A DNA stretch of 54,164 bases, filler included, from Basidioascus undulatus (lineage: Eukaryota), in NCBI GenBank assembly GCA_000826855.1. It is 4 parts of 4 records of this genome, joined end to end, with 100 filler letters (N's around TTAATTAATTAA, not from the genome) between each part and the next. Parts side by side here need not be neighbours in the genome. Positions count along the whole stretch, not along the records: positions 13,597 to 27,071 come from JTLS01000811.1; positions 27,172 to 40,635 come from JTLS01000812.1; 2 more parts are not named here. One strand, 5' to 3'. The number at the start of each line of letters is the position of its first letter. The stretch's first letter is position 1. Shown here in pieces: positions 15,759-27,609 of this stretch. The notes beneath the pieces were generated by a model, which saw only the letters and a program-made list of their open reading frames with translations, was not told where the DNA came from and made no database searches. Made by a program: the position numbers and the translations under genes.

Positions 15759-16676
15759 CTATGCCTCAAACGAACGGATCCCCGAGTCATTGAGAACCAC
15801 GACCGCAACCTTGTCCTTGACGCTCCTGGGCTCGTCGCGGAGTAAAGCGCGCAGGTCATCCGCCTTCATAGCAGTATCTGGCCAGCGGAACGGATGGGAA
15901 TTGGGAAAGACTCGCAGCGCTAGAGACCTGACCCCGGGGTTTCTCGCGATGCTCAAGACGTCGCTCTTCGACCGGATGTCGAGCGAAGGTCCGATGATGA
16001 CACGCTCGTACGCGTGCGAGCTCAGGTGGGAAGCGAACACCGACCAGCCGAGGTCGTAGTCAAGATGGAGCGTTTGAAGTTGCGCCCAGTCGGTCTCGAA
16101 GAGAGCGAGGAACTCCTCGCCCAACCAGTTGCTGATATCCGCGTTGATGCTGTCCACACCGCCGTTGCGGAACGAGGTCGGGCGAAGAGCTGCGAGAGCG
16201 TGAAAGAGGCGGTCGATGGGGTCCCGCGGAGGATGTTGCCAAGAATCATCGGCTGAGTCTGCAGCACCGGTGGTCTCCTCCGAGTCTTCAAAATGGAGTT
16301 CGAGGTTGGCGAGGTTCGGGCTCTTGCAGGCCAAGAGGATATGCTCAACGTGAGGTTGAAGTGGGTGAACGTGATCGAAGCGAAGATCGCGAATGTATTG
16401 ACCGAAGTCCGGGCGGTTGTCAAGCAATTGAGCGAAAGCTTGTTGAACCTCGTCGCTGTCGAGACAGACGTGCTGGAAAATGAGGGGGGTCACGACCTGG
16501 CCGAATGCACGCGAAACAAGACGCAGCGGCAGAAGCTGCCGCAGGCTGCCCACGCCGTAGTCTTCCGTAGTTGCGGTCGCGTACGTTTGCTCCAGGATGG
16601 GCACGAAGAGTTCCGCTGGCAGAACCGGAGGGCTCTGAAGCGTGCTCGAAATGGTGGACGAGGTAGTGTACGGCAT
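15759..16676 (-). CDS. Intronless F-box-like protein with degenerate LRR-like C-terminus (305 aa)
   Basis: Uninterrupted ORF containing LPAELFVPILEQ...LLPLRLVSRAFGQVVTPLIFQHVCL (F-box-like), followed by IRDLRF, LANLELHF, LQTLHL and VRSLALRV segments. Confidence 0.75.
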   Translation of the reverse strand: MPYTTSSTISSTLQSPPVLPAELFVPILEQTYATATTEDYGVGSLRQLLPLRLVSRAFGQVVTPLIFQHVCLDSDEVQQAFAQLLDNRPDFGQYIRDLRFDHVHPLQPHVEHILLACKSPNLANLELHFEDSEETTGAADSADDSWQHPPRDPIDRLFHALAALRPTSFRNGGVDSINADISNWLGEEFLALFETDWAQLQTLHLDYDLGWSVFASHLSSHAYERVIIGPSLDIRSKSDVLSIARNPGVRSLALRVFPNSHPFRWPDTAMKADDLRALLRDEPRSVKDKVAVVVLNDSGIRSFEA

Positions 16677-16999
16677 GTTGATCTCTGTTGAGTACGGACA
16701 CGAGAAGGATGCGTTCAAGATGGAGGATTAGTGATGGGCCTTCAACGAGGGTGCGATGTAGTCCTGGTGGTGTATGGTCAACCAGGTGTAAGCGAATCCA
16801 AGACGGTCTGCTCGAAATAGGGGCTAGCGGCTTGTGCTGGGGAGAACGTTTGGGCCCTTAGCTCACCCTTCGCAAAAGCAGCCACCTTGCCTGCATCGAG
16901 ATCCTACTGATGTCACCCTCAATACATGCCAGCCTGAATACTTGGAGCCAAAAAAAAACCCTTTCAATTTTACAGTGATACTTTATATCGCGTTTGCCT

Positions 17000-17650
17000 G
17001 TTTTCACTCACCCACCAAGGACAGACACCACTGGCAAAAGACCAAAATTGTGCATAGACGACACATCTCTCCACCCACTCCTTTACCGCCTCTCCCTCAT
17101 CTTCAAGCATGTAGCTCACGTTCTCCTCCTCAGTAATATTGAAATTGCACCTTTCCAGATTCTCCAATGAATACACGCCGATCTGCAGCCCTCCGTGCCT
17201 GTCGTGTCAGGGAATCCCAGATCTTCAACCGATAGGTGATCTTCGTCAGACCGATGACGTCGTCGTCATACGGATTTGCAGCAAGATGTTTAGCTATTCC
17301 AGCAATCCTGAACCGCCTTCGATGGCTAACATTTTCAGACGTGTCCGGTCGTTTTCGAGAACAGGATGGAGCGGGGGGTTGCCGTTTGAGAATTCTGTCT
17401 CAGCCATACGTGAATGACGCCCTTTTCAAGACCTGATTAGGACGAAATTATGTACACAATACTGGCCTGGAGTGAGCTTGATCGAGCCATGTACTGAGAG
17501 CCTCGAGATGCCTTGCAAGTGCCAGCATAACTAGAAACTTGAAAGTTTCGCCCAAATGAAACGTGCTTAGCAGCGTCTGAGAGGGGCAACCAGTTATCCA
17601 GCTGCAACCGACAACTTTGGAAACCGTTGCACAATTACAAGCAGTAGGAA
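17000..17650 (-). pseudogene. Heavily degraded paralogue of the flanking F-box-like genes
   Basis: Fragments in shifting frames: LSTWLDQAHS (cf. SSLHLDQVHA), VLENDRTRLKMLAIE (cf. LFETDWAQLQTLHLD), AKHLAANPYDDDVIG (cf. ASHLSSHAYERVIIG). Boundaries approximate. Confidence 0.55.
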
Positions 17651-17744
17651 CAAGAAACAAAACTACCACAGGCCAGACGTCAAAATCAGGCCTCGACAAC
17701 GAGAATCTGCACCCTGTGCTTTACAGCCTCCGGCTCACCCCGAA

Positions 17745-18547
17745 TCAAGCGGGGTACCACCCAGCATGAAAGTTGAATTCCCCTCTCCTGGGATGATACG
17801 GGCTAAAGACGCGGACCCTCAGGTTTGTGATGCCGCGGTTGCGCACGATTAGCAGAAGCGCCCCCTCTTCGCCCGATCCAAACTCTGGACCGATGGTGAC
17901 CACATCGTACTCGTGGTCCGCCAAATATTCCGAGAGCCCTTCCACAGATAGAAGACCATCGGTCTCGATATGTTGGCCGACCCAGTTGTCTTTGAGGGCG
18001 ATGAGAAGCTGGTGACCGAGAGCGGAGTCAAACGAGTAGACAGCCCATCGGAAAGCCCACTCATAGCGAAAGAAACTGGTCCCGGCTGAAGAGCAGCGAA
18101 TGCTTGGGACAAGAGGTCGATGAGTATGTGCAGAGCACGGTGCTGCACCTCGTCCTCGGCGAGAGCAAGTTGAACTAGGTCACCCACATCCTCGTTGAAG
18201 TGGATTCGAAGCGAAGAGGCTTTGAAGCATGCTGACAGGATAGTCGCGGCGTGATGCTGGAGGGCATGGACTTGATCAAGATGGAGCGATGAGACCTTGG
18301 CAGCGAGGTCGGGTCGGGCAACGACGAGCTGAGCGAAGCCCTTTTGTATTCGGCTGGACTCGAGGCGGATGTTCTCGAAGATGAGAGGCGTGATGATCGC
18401 CTCGAATGTGCGCAACACTACACGGAAAGGGAGAACCTCCCGGAGAGTGGCGATGTCGTAGCCTGTGCTGGTGGCGTCCACATACGCGCTCTCGAGGATG
18501 AGGACCAAGAGCTCTGCTGAGAGTCTGGGGACCACCACGCCCGCCAT
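17745..18547 (-). pseudogene. Frameshifted F-box-like paralogue of 15759-16676
   Basis: LSAELLVLILESAY...VLPFRVVLRTFEAIITPLIFENIRL aligns with the intact copy. The frame shifts near 18020 into LGHQLLIALKDNW...LADHEYDVVTIGP...RNRGITNLRVRVF, with no intron signals. Confidence 0.75.
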
Positions 18548-19552
18548 GGCGGTTTGATCCTTGAGGACGAGTGATTCGAAGGGAATCAAGGATACTGGGT
18601 TCAGCAAAGTCCTCTGAGGGCGGCGAGTTGTGTAATCTGAAGGCAAGAAAGGTCGACAGGTCCGCCCAGTAGTGGCACGGCCACCTTCAGGCTACTCAGT
18701 GACGTCCGTCCACACCGTCATCATTCAAGGCAGGTATGTCACACTGTGAGATCAAACCTCCCTTCCGGACTTTTAAGAGGACTCAGGTTTGGCTCAAGAG
18801 TGAAATCGCAAAAACCGTCAAGAGCGCGCGAGAGCCCCGATGTTCACTCTTGCCCTCTTAAGCCCATCTGATTTTGCGCCTCGAGAGGATCAACTTCGAC
18901 TCAAGTTGCCTCGAGACAGTTTGGATGACATCAGGCTGCCTTCTGGAAGTCGGAAAGCGTCCTCCAACCCCTCAGCTCAACTTGACACAACTTGCCGCAA
19001 CTTGCGGCGCTGTGAAAATGCGCACTCTTGCGCCTCGAGCAAGGTTTGATCTCCCCTAATAACTGCAGGCTTAGTGCAAGTTGAACTGAGATGCGACTAC
19101 TGGTGCATCCCTGGTTCTTGAAATCTGACGCATCCTTGCCTGCAACCGAAAATTGTACGTATTCACGCGTTTCACCCGTGTGGATTACCGTTGGACCGGC
19201 AGAGGATCACAGCCGAAGTCAAAGACACCTGAATGTCTCGAGGAATTTCGAGCTGTTCCCGCGGCAGACGCCGAGTGATTTCGGGCCCAATGACCGAATG
19301 GAACGCGAGCTAGAACTTGTTCGGCATATGCAACCACCGATAGAATGTGGCAAAAGCTTCAAGGTTCGGAATGAATTGTCGAAGGACGTAGTGTCAACAA
19401 GTGGGGCAAGTAGCGAAGTAAGTCCGAGCCACAAGCAGCCCGACGTCGCAGCCGCTGCGCACAAACATGATGATATATGTGGATTCGATGAGCGAATGCG
19501 GAATAATACAACACGAGGTATATGCCGAGCCAGCGAGAGGGGTTGGAGTCGC

Positions 19553-21523
19553 TCAGTCGAACGGACCAACTGCAGTTCGAGAAGTTCAGCACACGAGAAC
19601 GCCAGGAGGTGAGAGGAGCGAGAAGACTCACAGCCCAAGATGTATGCCTTGTATATGCTACGGGGGAGGAAACAGTGTCAGGATCGAGTGCGTGAGAACC
19701 TGGAAAGCTGGTGGAAAGGAGTGCACGTACCTCATGACCTTTGCGACGAACGCCTCGAGGTGGAAGATCTTCTTGTTTCCCTGGCGCATGCGGAGTTCCT
19801 GCGCCGGCGCAAAGAGCCAATCGTTAGCATCCCACTGCAGCGGAGACGAGGTTGCAATACACACGTAGAACGCCGCCCAGTGCACGATCTCCGGGCGCAT
19901 CGCCTCGTCCACATTCTGGAGCAGCGTCTCGGCGATCGTCTGCCGAAAGGGCGGTGCGATCACGCGGTGAGCCAGGGTTCTCCGTGTTTTCGGTCATAAC
20001 GACGCAGGCGCACCTTGATGATGAGCGTCGGCGGGATGCAGTGCGTCATGAGCTCGTATAGCTTCGCGCGGACCTGCAGGAGGTTGTCGGGCGTCTGCTC
20101 CTTGAGGATCTGGCGCGCGACGCCGACGCAGAAGGTCTCCCAGTCGGGCTTGGCGATCTCGAGGTTCGAGGTCAGGTCGGGTCTGAGCATCCACCACGAA
20201 GGGGGTTGGTCAGCCATGGGGGTCAGCCGTGGTCATAACGCCGGGGAAGACGGTGAGCACTGACGATTGCATCTTGAGCGCCTCGAAGACGAGGAGCGCT
20301 TTGCGGAGGTTCCCCTGCGCCTCGGCGCCGATCTGCCGCGCGACCTCGTCGGGGAGGTAGAACTTCTCCTTCTTCGCCACGTGTTGCAGGACCTTGGCCA
20401 TCTGTTCGTCGGGCGGACAAAGTGAGTTCAGCGCAGGGTGCAGGTCAGGCGGAGGGGAGAGGGAGCAACGCACGTCGGCGGGCAAGGGCGCGGCGACCCG
20501 CATGAGAAGGCACCGACTCCGGATGGGCGCGATGATCTTGCTCGTGCTCGACGCGCAGAGGATGATGCGCATGTTGGTCATGTACTTCTCCATCGTCCGG
20601 CGCAGCGCCGCTTGCGCGTCGCGCGTGAGCTGGTCCGCCTCGTTGATGATCACCACTGTACACCAGCCTCCAGTGAGCCCAGAAATTCATTACGGCGTAT
20701 CGTCTACTTACCCTTGAAGCGCTGCTTGGCATTCAGGTCGACTTGCTGCGTCTGCGCGATCTCCTTCAGGATGTCCTGGATGACGATGCGGTCCCAGTTG
20801 CCGACGTCGCTGTACGAAAGATTGAGCGTCGTTCCATTATGATACAGTGAGAAACGGCGTACGATGGGGTGAGCTCGATGTGATAGTTGCTTTGCACGAC
20901 GTTCACGTCGAGCTTGCGTTTGGAGGGGGTGAGGAAGATGCGCTGGTCGATTTTGAGCTGTTAGGGTCCGGCGCTTTCGTCAGCATCACATAATCCCCTT
21001 AGGCCGGGTCCTTTCACTACTCGTATACCCCCGGTTCTTCGGAAGGAGAAGGGCGGAAAGGCCAATGGGCCAGCGATCCCTCACACCGTACCAGCATCGA
21101 TATCCCCTCCGAGACCTGAGCTCATACAACTGAACCATCAACTCGCCTTCTCCACACCCGGTCCAAACAGCTCCCTCAACGTGCACATGATGCGCGTCTT
21201 GCGGCCGGCTCCCGAAGGACCGTAGAAGAGCATGTGCGGGAAGTCGCCCGAAGCCGCCTGAGCGACTCCCGGGTGTCAGCGGTCTCGCATAGCGATCAAG
21301 ATAGTGAACATTCTCGCCAAAGAGCGAATCCGATCCGACAGTTCAGAGTGATAATGCAGCTCGTCGAGCGAGCGAGGGCGGTACTGCAGGGGGGTTGCTG
21401 ATGAGCGGTCGCGTGGACATCTGGTGGGAGGAAAGCGACGTACCTTGTCGACCCAGAGTGACTGCACCGGCAGAGTCCCGTCAGTAAATCTGGTACACTT
21501 ATGGACAGAAGACGACTGACCAT
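19553..21523 (-). CDS. RFC5: Replication factor C small subunit (yeast Rfc5 / human RFC3 orthologue)
   Basis: Spliced product M|SLWVDK|YRPRSLDELHYH...|AASGDFPHMLFYGPSGAGRKTRI...NEADQLTRDAQAALRRTMEKY...IRSRC...GNLRKALL...KKIFHLEAFVAKVM. The last exon (ending ...FD*) is less certain. Confidence 0.95.
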
Positions 21524-22009
21524 GTTGGGGTATGCGTTAACGATAGGGTGTAGGTGGGGGGGTCCTGGAAGGATGGATGAGTGGATGAGAGCTTCGCTCG
21601 ACGCGACGCGCGAAGGTCGGTCATGAAGTCGACGCGTTGCAGTCGGTGCTCGCGAGCGACAAACAACTGGACTGTCGGTCGACTGGACGATACGGTAGCA
21701 TACAAATCGAGATAATTAGGACATCTCAGGTATTTTGACGTCATGTGCCTAAACTTCCGGCCAATCGAAGGCGAAGGGCAGTTGCCCTCCTGCCGCTGCA
21801 TGCCTTGGAGAGGCAACGCTCGACTACATCCGGTCCCCTTTCTTTGCGAAAGAACACTTCCTGTAGACATGCCAAAGTAAGACCGAAATAAGAGCCCTGA
21901 ATTACGTCTATAGTTCCAGAACCACAATCCCACATTCACCAACATGGTTCCACCCTACACGCTCCACCCCTCGCCAGACATCATCAATCCAGCAATCTAC
22001 CGCTAAGCC

Positions 22010-24959
22010 TTAGAGCGAGTAGCGGAAGTATCTGTCATTTCAATTATCATCAGTAACCATGCGCAGCCGTGGGGATCATAATTGAGTAAACACACATGTT
22101 CTCCCTGTCCGTCAGATCCCCGAACGCGACGTGCTCTGCGCCCGCGGCGTCCCGCTTCTCCGCGTCGAGCGCAGCCTGCGCGCGATCTCGCTTGGCGTTC
22201 TCGTACGAGTAGTAGACGCGCAGGAGGATGGAGGCGACGCAGGTGAAGACCATGCACACTGGGGTGCGGTGCGAAGGTGTCAGAAGGCGTACGGGACTTG
22301 GTAAGGACAAGGTGCTTTACCGAGGATGGATATCCTGCGAATGGAAAGGGTTGTTAAATGAGCTTCACCTGAAAGATGAAGAGAGGCGCACCAGGTGGTG
22401 GGATAGTGCTCCGCCTTGGTAGTCGTGTCGACCAAGTCTGCGCAGTCGGGGATGTCAGTCAAGGCAAAGAAAACCACAGAAACGCAGCGAAAGGTTATCC
22501 GTACAGGGACCGAAGATGTTGGCTACGTTGTAGCCGACAAACAGGGTCGCAGCGGAGAAAGCCTATTCAACCTTCCCCAGCGTAAGCCAGTACATCGCCT
22601 CACGCAGCGTGGAAGCGACTGTACCTTCTTGGTATGTCCCGCAACATTAGCGGTCGACAGGGAGAGGAGCAACACGTAAGGGGCACCGAAGATGCCGAGC
22701 AGTGCGTAGCCCGTGAGCGGCAGCCCGCGGTACTGCCAGGAGCCTTTCCAGATCATGACTGCGCCTGCGATGACGGGGAAACAGGCTGCACACAGCAAGA
22801 GTATCAGAATTGAATAGGATATTAAGAATGGAATGAACGCACTGATGGGAATGAGGATCGTCCGCAGGTTCTTCCAGTGCCCGGCGACCCAGCACGACAC
22901 GTAGATGGACACCACGGTCGTGCCGCCCGCGGGGGTGAGCATGAGGATCTACAGACCACAAGCCGTCAATGGGCACGTTGTGCATTTAAAAAGGAGTTGA
23001 ATTTGCATACCGTCTTTAGCGAAGAGTATCCGAAGCTCTGCGGACGCAGCCGTGAGTTTCTGCATTGGACTCTGCAGGACGGCACACAAACGCGTACCTT
23101 GACAATCTGCGCCCCGAATGTGGTCACGCCCGCATTACAGACGTAGATCGCGATGCTGTGGAACAATCAACATCAGCGCGCTAAACACAGCGAATGGAGC
23201 GAGGAATAGCGCAACGCACGCCATGAGGAAGAAAACGTAAAGCTGGGGGTCCGCGAAAGCCTCAAACAAGTGCGCCTTCTTGAACTCTACATCGCGCGTC
23301 ACCCCGGGTCAACGCTTCACGAATCCCCAGCGGGAAAGCCATTATCAAACGGCACGTACTCTTCGCCTCCATCCCCGTCTGGTTCTCCCTGAGCCTCTCG
23401 ACCGCCAACTTTCGCTCCTCAAGCGTAAAAAACCGCGTCGCGCTCATGGGGTTGTCGGGAAGACAGAAGTAGACGATGAACGCCCAGACGACGGTCCACA
23501 GCCCCGCGAAGAGGTACATCGCCTTCCAGGGGTGGATCGAGCCTGAGGAGGTGGCGGCGCGGCCGATGCCGTAGTTCACCTGCGGAGATGCCGGTGGACT
23601 TGAGTGGAGGGGAGAGGGGGGGGGGTGGGGAGGGACGGACGGCGCCGGAGAAGATGCTGAAGAGGCCGGTGGCGCTGTACCAGATTCCCAGGCGGACGGG
23701 TTGCTGAAGGCAGTCGAGGTCAGCTATAGAAGCCGCTGGTTGGAGTAAGACGATTCTGACCTCGCTCTGCAGAAAAAAACACAGTCATTTTCGAGCTCAT
23801 GCGTCCAGTCCAAATGTACTATCATACCTTGCGATACCACATCCCCGAAAGCAAGACGAACCCAGGCGATACGGCGCTTTCGATCACGCCCAGGAAGACT
23901 CGCTGCACGACGATGCCCGGGTAGGTGTGGCACGCGAGGGTCAAGAGGGTGATCACACCCTGACACACATATTCAGTCTCCGTGCGGAAAGCGGAAATAG
24001 ATGGAGACAGTGCGCACCCAGACGAGGATGAACAGACTAAGCGTCCGCCCGAGGGGGAAGCGCTGGAGAATGTAGGACATGCTGCGCGCGGATCCCTGCA
24101 AGTGAGCCCCATGATCTCTACAATACACCAAAATATCTTCTTACGGGTAACAGGCGACGAGATAGCCCTGTGAGAAATGCGTCAGGTAAAGCGCGCAAGC
24201 GGCGCAGCGTTGGGAATAAGGACGCACCCAGTAGAAGGCCGAGTTGGCAGTGCTGAAGCGCTCGAGGGAAACGGTCCGAGGAGGCCCCGGGTGGACTACG
24301 GAAAGGTCCTGGACGTGTTGTGGGTTGTATGAGTAGACGAAACGGTGTGCGGAGATGGGGTGGGACGGACCATGTCTTCCAGGAGACCGAAGACTGAGGC
24401 CGAGCTGAAGATCTACCGCCATCAAGAGAAATACATGTACAGATTCAGTTTCAGGGAAACGATTGTCCGTAAACAAAAAAGGGACTCACAGCCTTGTCGT
24501 ACTGCATAAGAGTTGGGAACTCAGCAGAAGTGAATGCCGTAGGTCGGTGAATAACGCACGTATTGCAGGCCAAAGCTAGATACGGGTGGGTCAGCTCAGA
24601 TGATGCGGCAGACCATATGAACTGTACAGCTCACCTGATTGTAAGTAACGGCATGAGGAGGCAGTCGATCTTCGAGGGGCACGAAACCAGTTCAGCTCGC
24701 GTGCAGTCTTCCAACAGGCACGCCGAGCTCACCTTCCAAAGCAGCTTGCGTTCTACCCAAACGACTTGTTCAGCATTCATCCTGGAGCATAAGCACAAGA
24801 CCACTCACCAGCAACCGGATCAATCTCCCTGCGCTCCGGCCCATCCTCCACAAACCCCTTCGCCACATCCGCCCCGCTCTCGTCCGAGACGCTCGCGTGG
24901 CTCCTGACGGGCTTGACATCGGCTCCGACAGCCTTTGCGGCGGGGACCTCGACCGCCAT
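22010..24959 (-). CDS. MFS transporter, Dal5/allantoate-permease (anion:cation symporter) family
   Basis: Spliced motifs ERKLLWKIDCLLMP, FGLQYYDKA, QRVFLGVIESAVSPGF, PWKAMYLFAG, LPDNPMSATRFFT..ERLRENQTG, ANVAGHTKK and AFGDLTDREN..FRY. Many short introns. Confidence 0.92.
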
Positions 24960-25251
24960 GGTGTGCAGAGGGATGATGGGTTGAGGAAAAGGAGCGCACG
25001 CGTGTGACTCCTGCGTCTTCTCCATCTCCAAATCATCGCGAGCTCGAGGCGCAAACTTCGATCATATCGCGGCTGTCGGGGCTGTCCCAAGTCCAAGGTG
25101 TCCAAACCCTGACAGCTTGGTGGGGGCCCGAGGAGTCGACGGACGTATTTCTCACGCGTTAGTAGTTGTAGCTGAAGTGCATGCGCATTGCGCAAGTCCA
25201 ACATCCTCCGCTTGCAAGATCACCATCCACCGTCGCTCGGTCGCTCGCTAC

Positions 25252-27071
25252 ATGTCTTCCCTCGACCCTCCCAAGTCTGCTGACACCGACGCCTCCTCCC
25301 CTTGTTGCTACCAACGCATCCCCGACGTCTCGGCCCCTAGCACCTGGCCCTCGCCCCTGAGCCTGTTTCCGCTTCCGCTTCGCAGGCTGCACGTGCGTCC
25401 ACATCCTCTTTCTTCATCAGAGTACAACTGATCACGACTGTCCTTGACGTACAGGCCTTGCCGGGGTGCGCCTAAGTTGTCCTTTCTTACTCATACGCTT
25501 GCAGCACGCTGACAATATGCATCTTCTACAGTTGCGCGCTGGAGCGGCTGCGAAAGCCGCCCGACGCGAGACAGAGCGACTCCGCGTAGCGCCAAACGGG
25601 CAGCATCCCGTAGCGTCCCTCCACCTGCGCGTCCCTCCTCTCCACCAATTCCTGCCCAACACGACTGGCGAAGCGTACCATCTCGGGCCCGGTCCGACCC
25701 CAGACCCGGACGCGGCGCTCTCGTCCTTCCCCTGGACCATCACCATATCTCGCCGCAACTCCGGCCAGTCGCACACCGACCATGCCATCAGTGCGCCCAA
25801 CGCCGGCTCAGAAGTCCGCACCAATAAAATGGAATCCTCGACATGGTAATTTACCCCTCGCCCTGTATCCGCGATGCCCGCTTATCGCGAGCGCCCGAGA
25901 CCACAGGGACGAAGAACGGCTGGACGCTGGAGCAGGCTACGAAGGCCATGGTCGCTCAGCTGTTCGCTGCGCTGCGGGAGGACGCTGCAGCTGTGGAGGG
26001 CGGGAAGGTCAAGGGCAAGGGCAAGGGCAAGGGAAGGGAAGGGAGCGGGCCAGGGCAGCCTGAGGTGCGTTCGCTGTCCTACTTCCTTGTCACGATGGGA
26101 GGGGGCGCTGAAGAGGTGAATTCGTAGTGCGCTGGTTCTGGGAGTAGGAAACGCAGGTTGGAGAAGGACGCGGCTCCGTCCGCGCCTGAGCACGCGGAGG
26201 CGGAGGCGCCGGTCGCGACGCCCACGCCGTCGAAGCGGACGAAGCGGACGAAGCGGACGAAGCCAGTCTTGAGCAAAAACTTCCGACCCGTCGACGTGCG
26301 TATTCATTTGCATGCTTCCTCTTTTACTCAAGGCTAACAGATACCTCTCCAGCCGTCTCTCACCAAACCTCCCGCCTCGACCCCCGTCCTCTTCACCCCT
26401 CCCGAGCGCCCACCACTCAAATCCACGCCCAAGTCCAAAGCAACCCAGGCGACCGAGTCCACGTCCCAGATCCAGCCCTCGCCCGCTACGCCGCGCCCTC
26501 CGAAGCGCAAGGCCGCTGCAGCCACCGACGCAACGAACGAGGAGGCAGCGCAGGCTGCAGCTGCTGCCAAGCGCGTTTCCCCGCGGCGCGAGAACCCCAC
26601 GACGCCGGGCAGGGCGCTCCCGAAGGGGCTCCAGCGCGTCGACCAGACGTTCAAGCGCCCACCGCAGCCGACGACGGCGAGGAAACGCGCACCGCCCGCG
26701 CCGCCTCCCGCGCCGCCGCCCGCTGCTGGGCCGTCGAAGCGCAGATCGGCCGCGGCGGCGGTGGGGAAGGACGTGGTCCATGTCGGGAGCTCAGGTGACG
26801 ACCTGGACGTCATCGTTATCGGGTCGCATGATGTGGAGGTGACGGTGGTGGACGAGGATCTGCCGCCCAAGGCGAAGGCGAAGGGCAAGGGCAAGGGCAA
26901 GACATCGGCACCCACACCTGCACCTCCGCTCGTGGACATCTCGTCCGACGACGACGACGACGAGCTCGCCCTCCGCGGCTCCACGTCCACCCAGCGCCCC
27001 CATCCCAAGCCCCCCATTTCTCCTCCCCGCATGTGCTCCCGCCCCTCAACCTCTTCCCGCTCCTCTACCAC
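25252..27071 (+). CDS. Hypothetical low-complexity protein with SIM-like motifs, 3' truncated
   Basis: ATG at 25252, several GTGCG..AG introns and GC3-rich codons. KGKGKGK tracts and the hydrophobic-acidic motifs DDLDVIVIGS, VEVTVVDED and LVDISSDDDDDE. Runs into the gap. Exon structure approximate. Confidence 0.6.
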
Positions 27072-27171
27072 NNNNNNNNNNNNNNNNNNNNNNNNNNNNN
27101 NNNNNNNNNNNNNNNTTAATTAATTAANNNNNNNNNNNNNNNNNNNNNNNNNNNNNNNNNNNNNNNNNNNN
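27072..27171. other. Artificial contig linker (N44-TTAATTAATTAA-N44)
   Basis: Same 100-nt spacer as at 13497. Confidence 0.99.
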
Positions 27172-27609
27172 AGCGGCCAAAGCACGTACACCTACAGAGG
27201 CGAGCAGACGTACTTCCACGTCTTCCGGCAGTCCGTCGACGCGCGGAAAGCGCAAGACTCCGACGAAGTGCACTACGACGCGTCGAAAAACGCCGCGCGG
27301 CACCATGGCGCGGTGCACTACAACTTCTCTCGCGATGCCACCGAGCGCGCGCGGCAGATGGAGGAGCTCAAAACCGCGCGGGCCGCGACGGACGCGGAGC
27401 GCGAGGCGCGCGAGCGCTACGCGCGCCCGAGCACCCGCGAGCGCCGACGCGCGGATGTGGTCGGGTACCGTGCGAAGGTGGAGGAGCGCCGCAGGGAGCG
27501 GTGGGGCGACGCGGTCCCTCCGGAGAACGAGGTGGAGGTCCGCGAGGCGATGGCGGAGGGCTTTTTGGAGGACATCCTCGGCAAGGCGCCCGACATGCAA
27601 GTTTCATAA
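27172..27609 (+). CDS. 3' end of CCDC174/DUF4078-like coiled-coil protein
   Basis: The frame is open from the contig edge: GEQTYF...EVHYDASKNAARHHGAVHYNFSRDATERARQMEELKTAR. This resembles the HYDA..R..G..Y.FS.DEE.R..QMEEL motif of that family. Confidence 0.7.
   Translation, partial: SGQSTYTYRGEQTYFHVFRQSVDARKAQDSDEVHYDASKNAARHHGAVHYNFSRDATERARQMEELKTARAATDAEREARERYARPSTRERRRADVVGYRAKVEERRRERWGDAVPPENEVEVREAMAEGFLEDILGKAPDMQVS

Noticed and set aside
20958..21146. Possible intronic snoRNA in the long RFC5 intron
   Set aside because: No convincing C/D box pair or H/ACA architecture seen. An Infernal search would be needed.
25882..27071. Long minus-strand ORFs (299 and 245 aa)
   Set aside because: Antisense to a GC-rich, low-complexity plus-strand gene.
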